NCBI GenBank assembly: GCA_018715565.1
Contig: DVLJ01000236.1
Coordinates: 48-64,047 of the forward strand
Reading direction: 5' to 3'
Length of the DNA stretch: 64,000 bases
Origin: Candidatus Ventrimonas merdavium
GTDB taxonomy: Bacteria; Bacillota; Clostridia; Lachnospirales; Lachnospiraceae
Shown here: piece by piece, positions 63,927 through 64,000 of the stretch
How the letters are laid out: each line of letters opens with the position of its first letter
Numbering within the stretch: the stretch's first letter is position 1
Program-made: the position numbers and the translations under genes
The notes under the pieces: generated by a model
The model's database searches: none
The model's input: only the letters and a program-made list of their open reading frames with translations
What the model was told of the DNA's origin: nothing

Positions 63927-64000
63927 CCCTTGGATCTGACGGCTTGGATCCGACGGCTCGGATCTGATGGCCCGGATCTAATGGCTTGGATCTGACGTCA
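63927..64000. repeat. 14-bp tandem repeat array (at least 5 units) running off the window edge
   Basis: cccTTGGATCTGAC / GGCTTGGATCCGAC / GGCTCGGATCTGAT / GGCCCGGATCTAAT / GGCTTGGATCTGAC / GTCA... starting 3 nt after the asnA stop. Every unit contains GGATC. Confidence 0.8.

Overview
This 64-kb chromosomal window appears to come from a high-GC, spore-forming Clostridia-type Firmicute. The evidence is GGAGG-type ribosome-binding sites (RBS), spoIIID, CotS-like, YtvI-like and SipL-like genes, and a T-box leader. GC content was judged by eye only, and no database searches were run. All product calls rest on motifs I recognise in the supplied translations. I support about 49 protein-coding genes, mostly on the minus strand.

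Housekeeping genes: thrC, pgcA, cca, proS (behind a T-box leader), rarA, cysE, a TtcA-family gene, panE and asnA.

Metabolic and transport genes: an msm-type alpha-galactoside operon (binding protein, two permeases, GH36 alpha-galactosidase, divergent AraC regulator), a MATE/TetR pair, a CaCA antiporter behind a candidate metal riboswitch, and a CyuA/YhaM-like cysteine desulfidase.

Most notable observations:
1. A tightly coupled four-gene operon encodes a 1493-aa FecR-domain beta-helix surface protein, an NHL propeller, a GAF/HD-GYP phosphodiesterase and a CHASE2 class-III cyclase.
2. A low-GC single-gene cassette (AlbA_2/Schlafen-like ATPase) is bounded by perfect 109-bp direct repeats that duplicate the 3' end of the cysteine desulfidase gene.
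3. An 860-aa protein fuses a CoA-disulfide-reductase-like flavoprotein, a rhodanese domain and a Dsr-like sulfite-reductase/ferredoxin module.
4. A 1065-aa protein is an in-frame fusion of an RluA-type pseudouridine synthase and a molybdopterin oxidoreductase.
5. A low-GC islet carries an Abi_2 abortive-infection gene.
6. A roughly 175-nt promoter-to-terminator unit of unknown identity lies upstream of a GIY-YIG gene.

I recognised no rRNA, tRNA, CRISPR array, transposase or integrase. The many long antisense or alternate-frame ORFs in the track are high-GC shadow ORFs.
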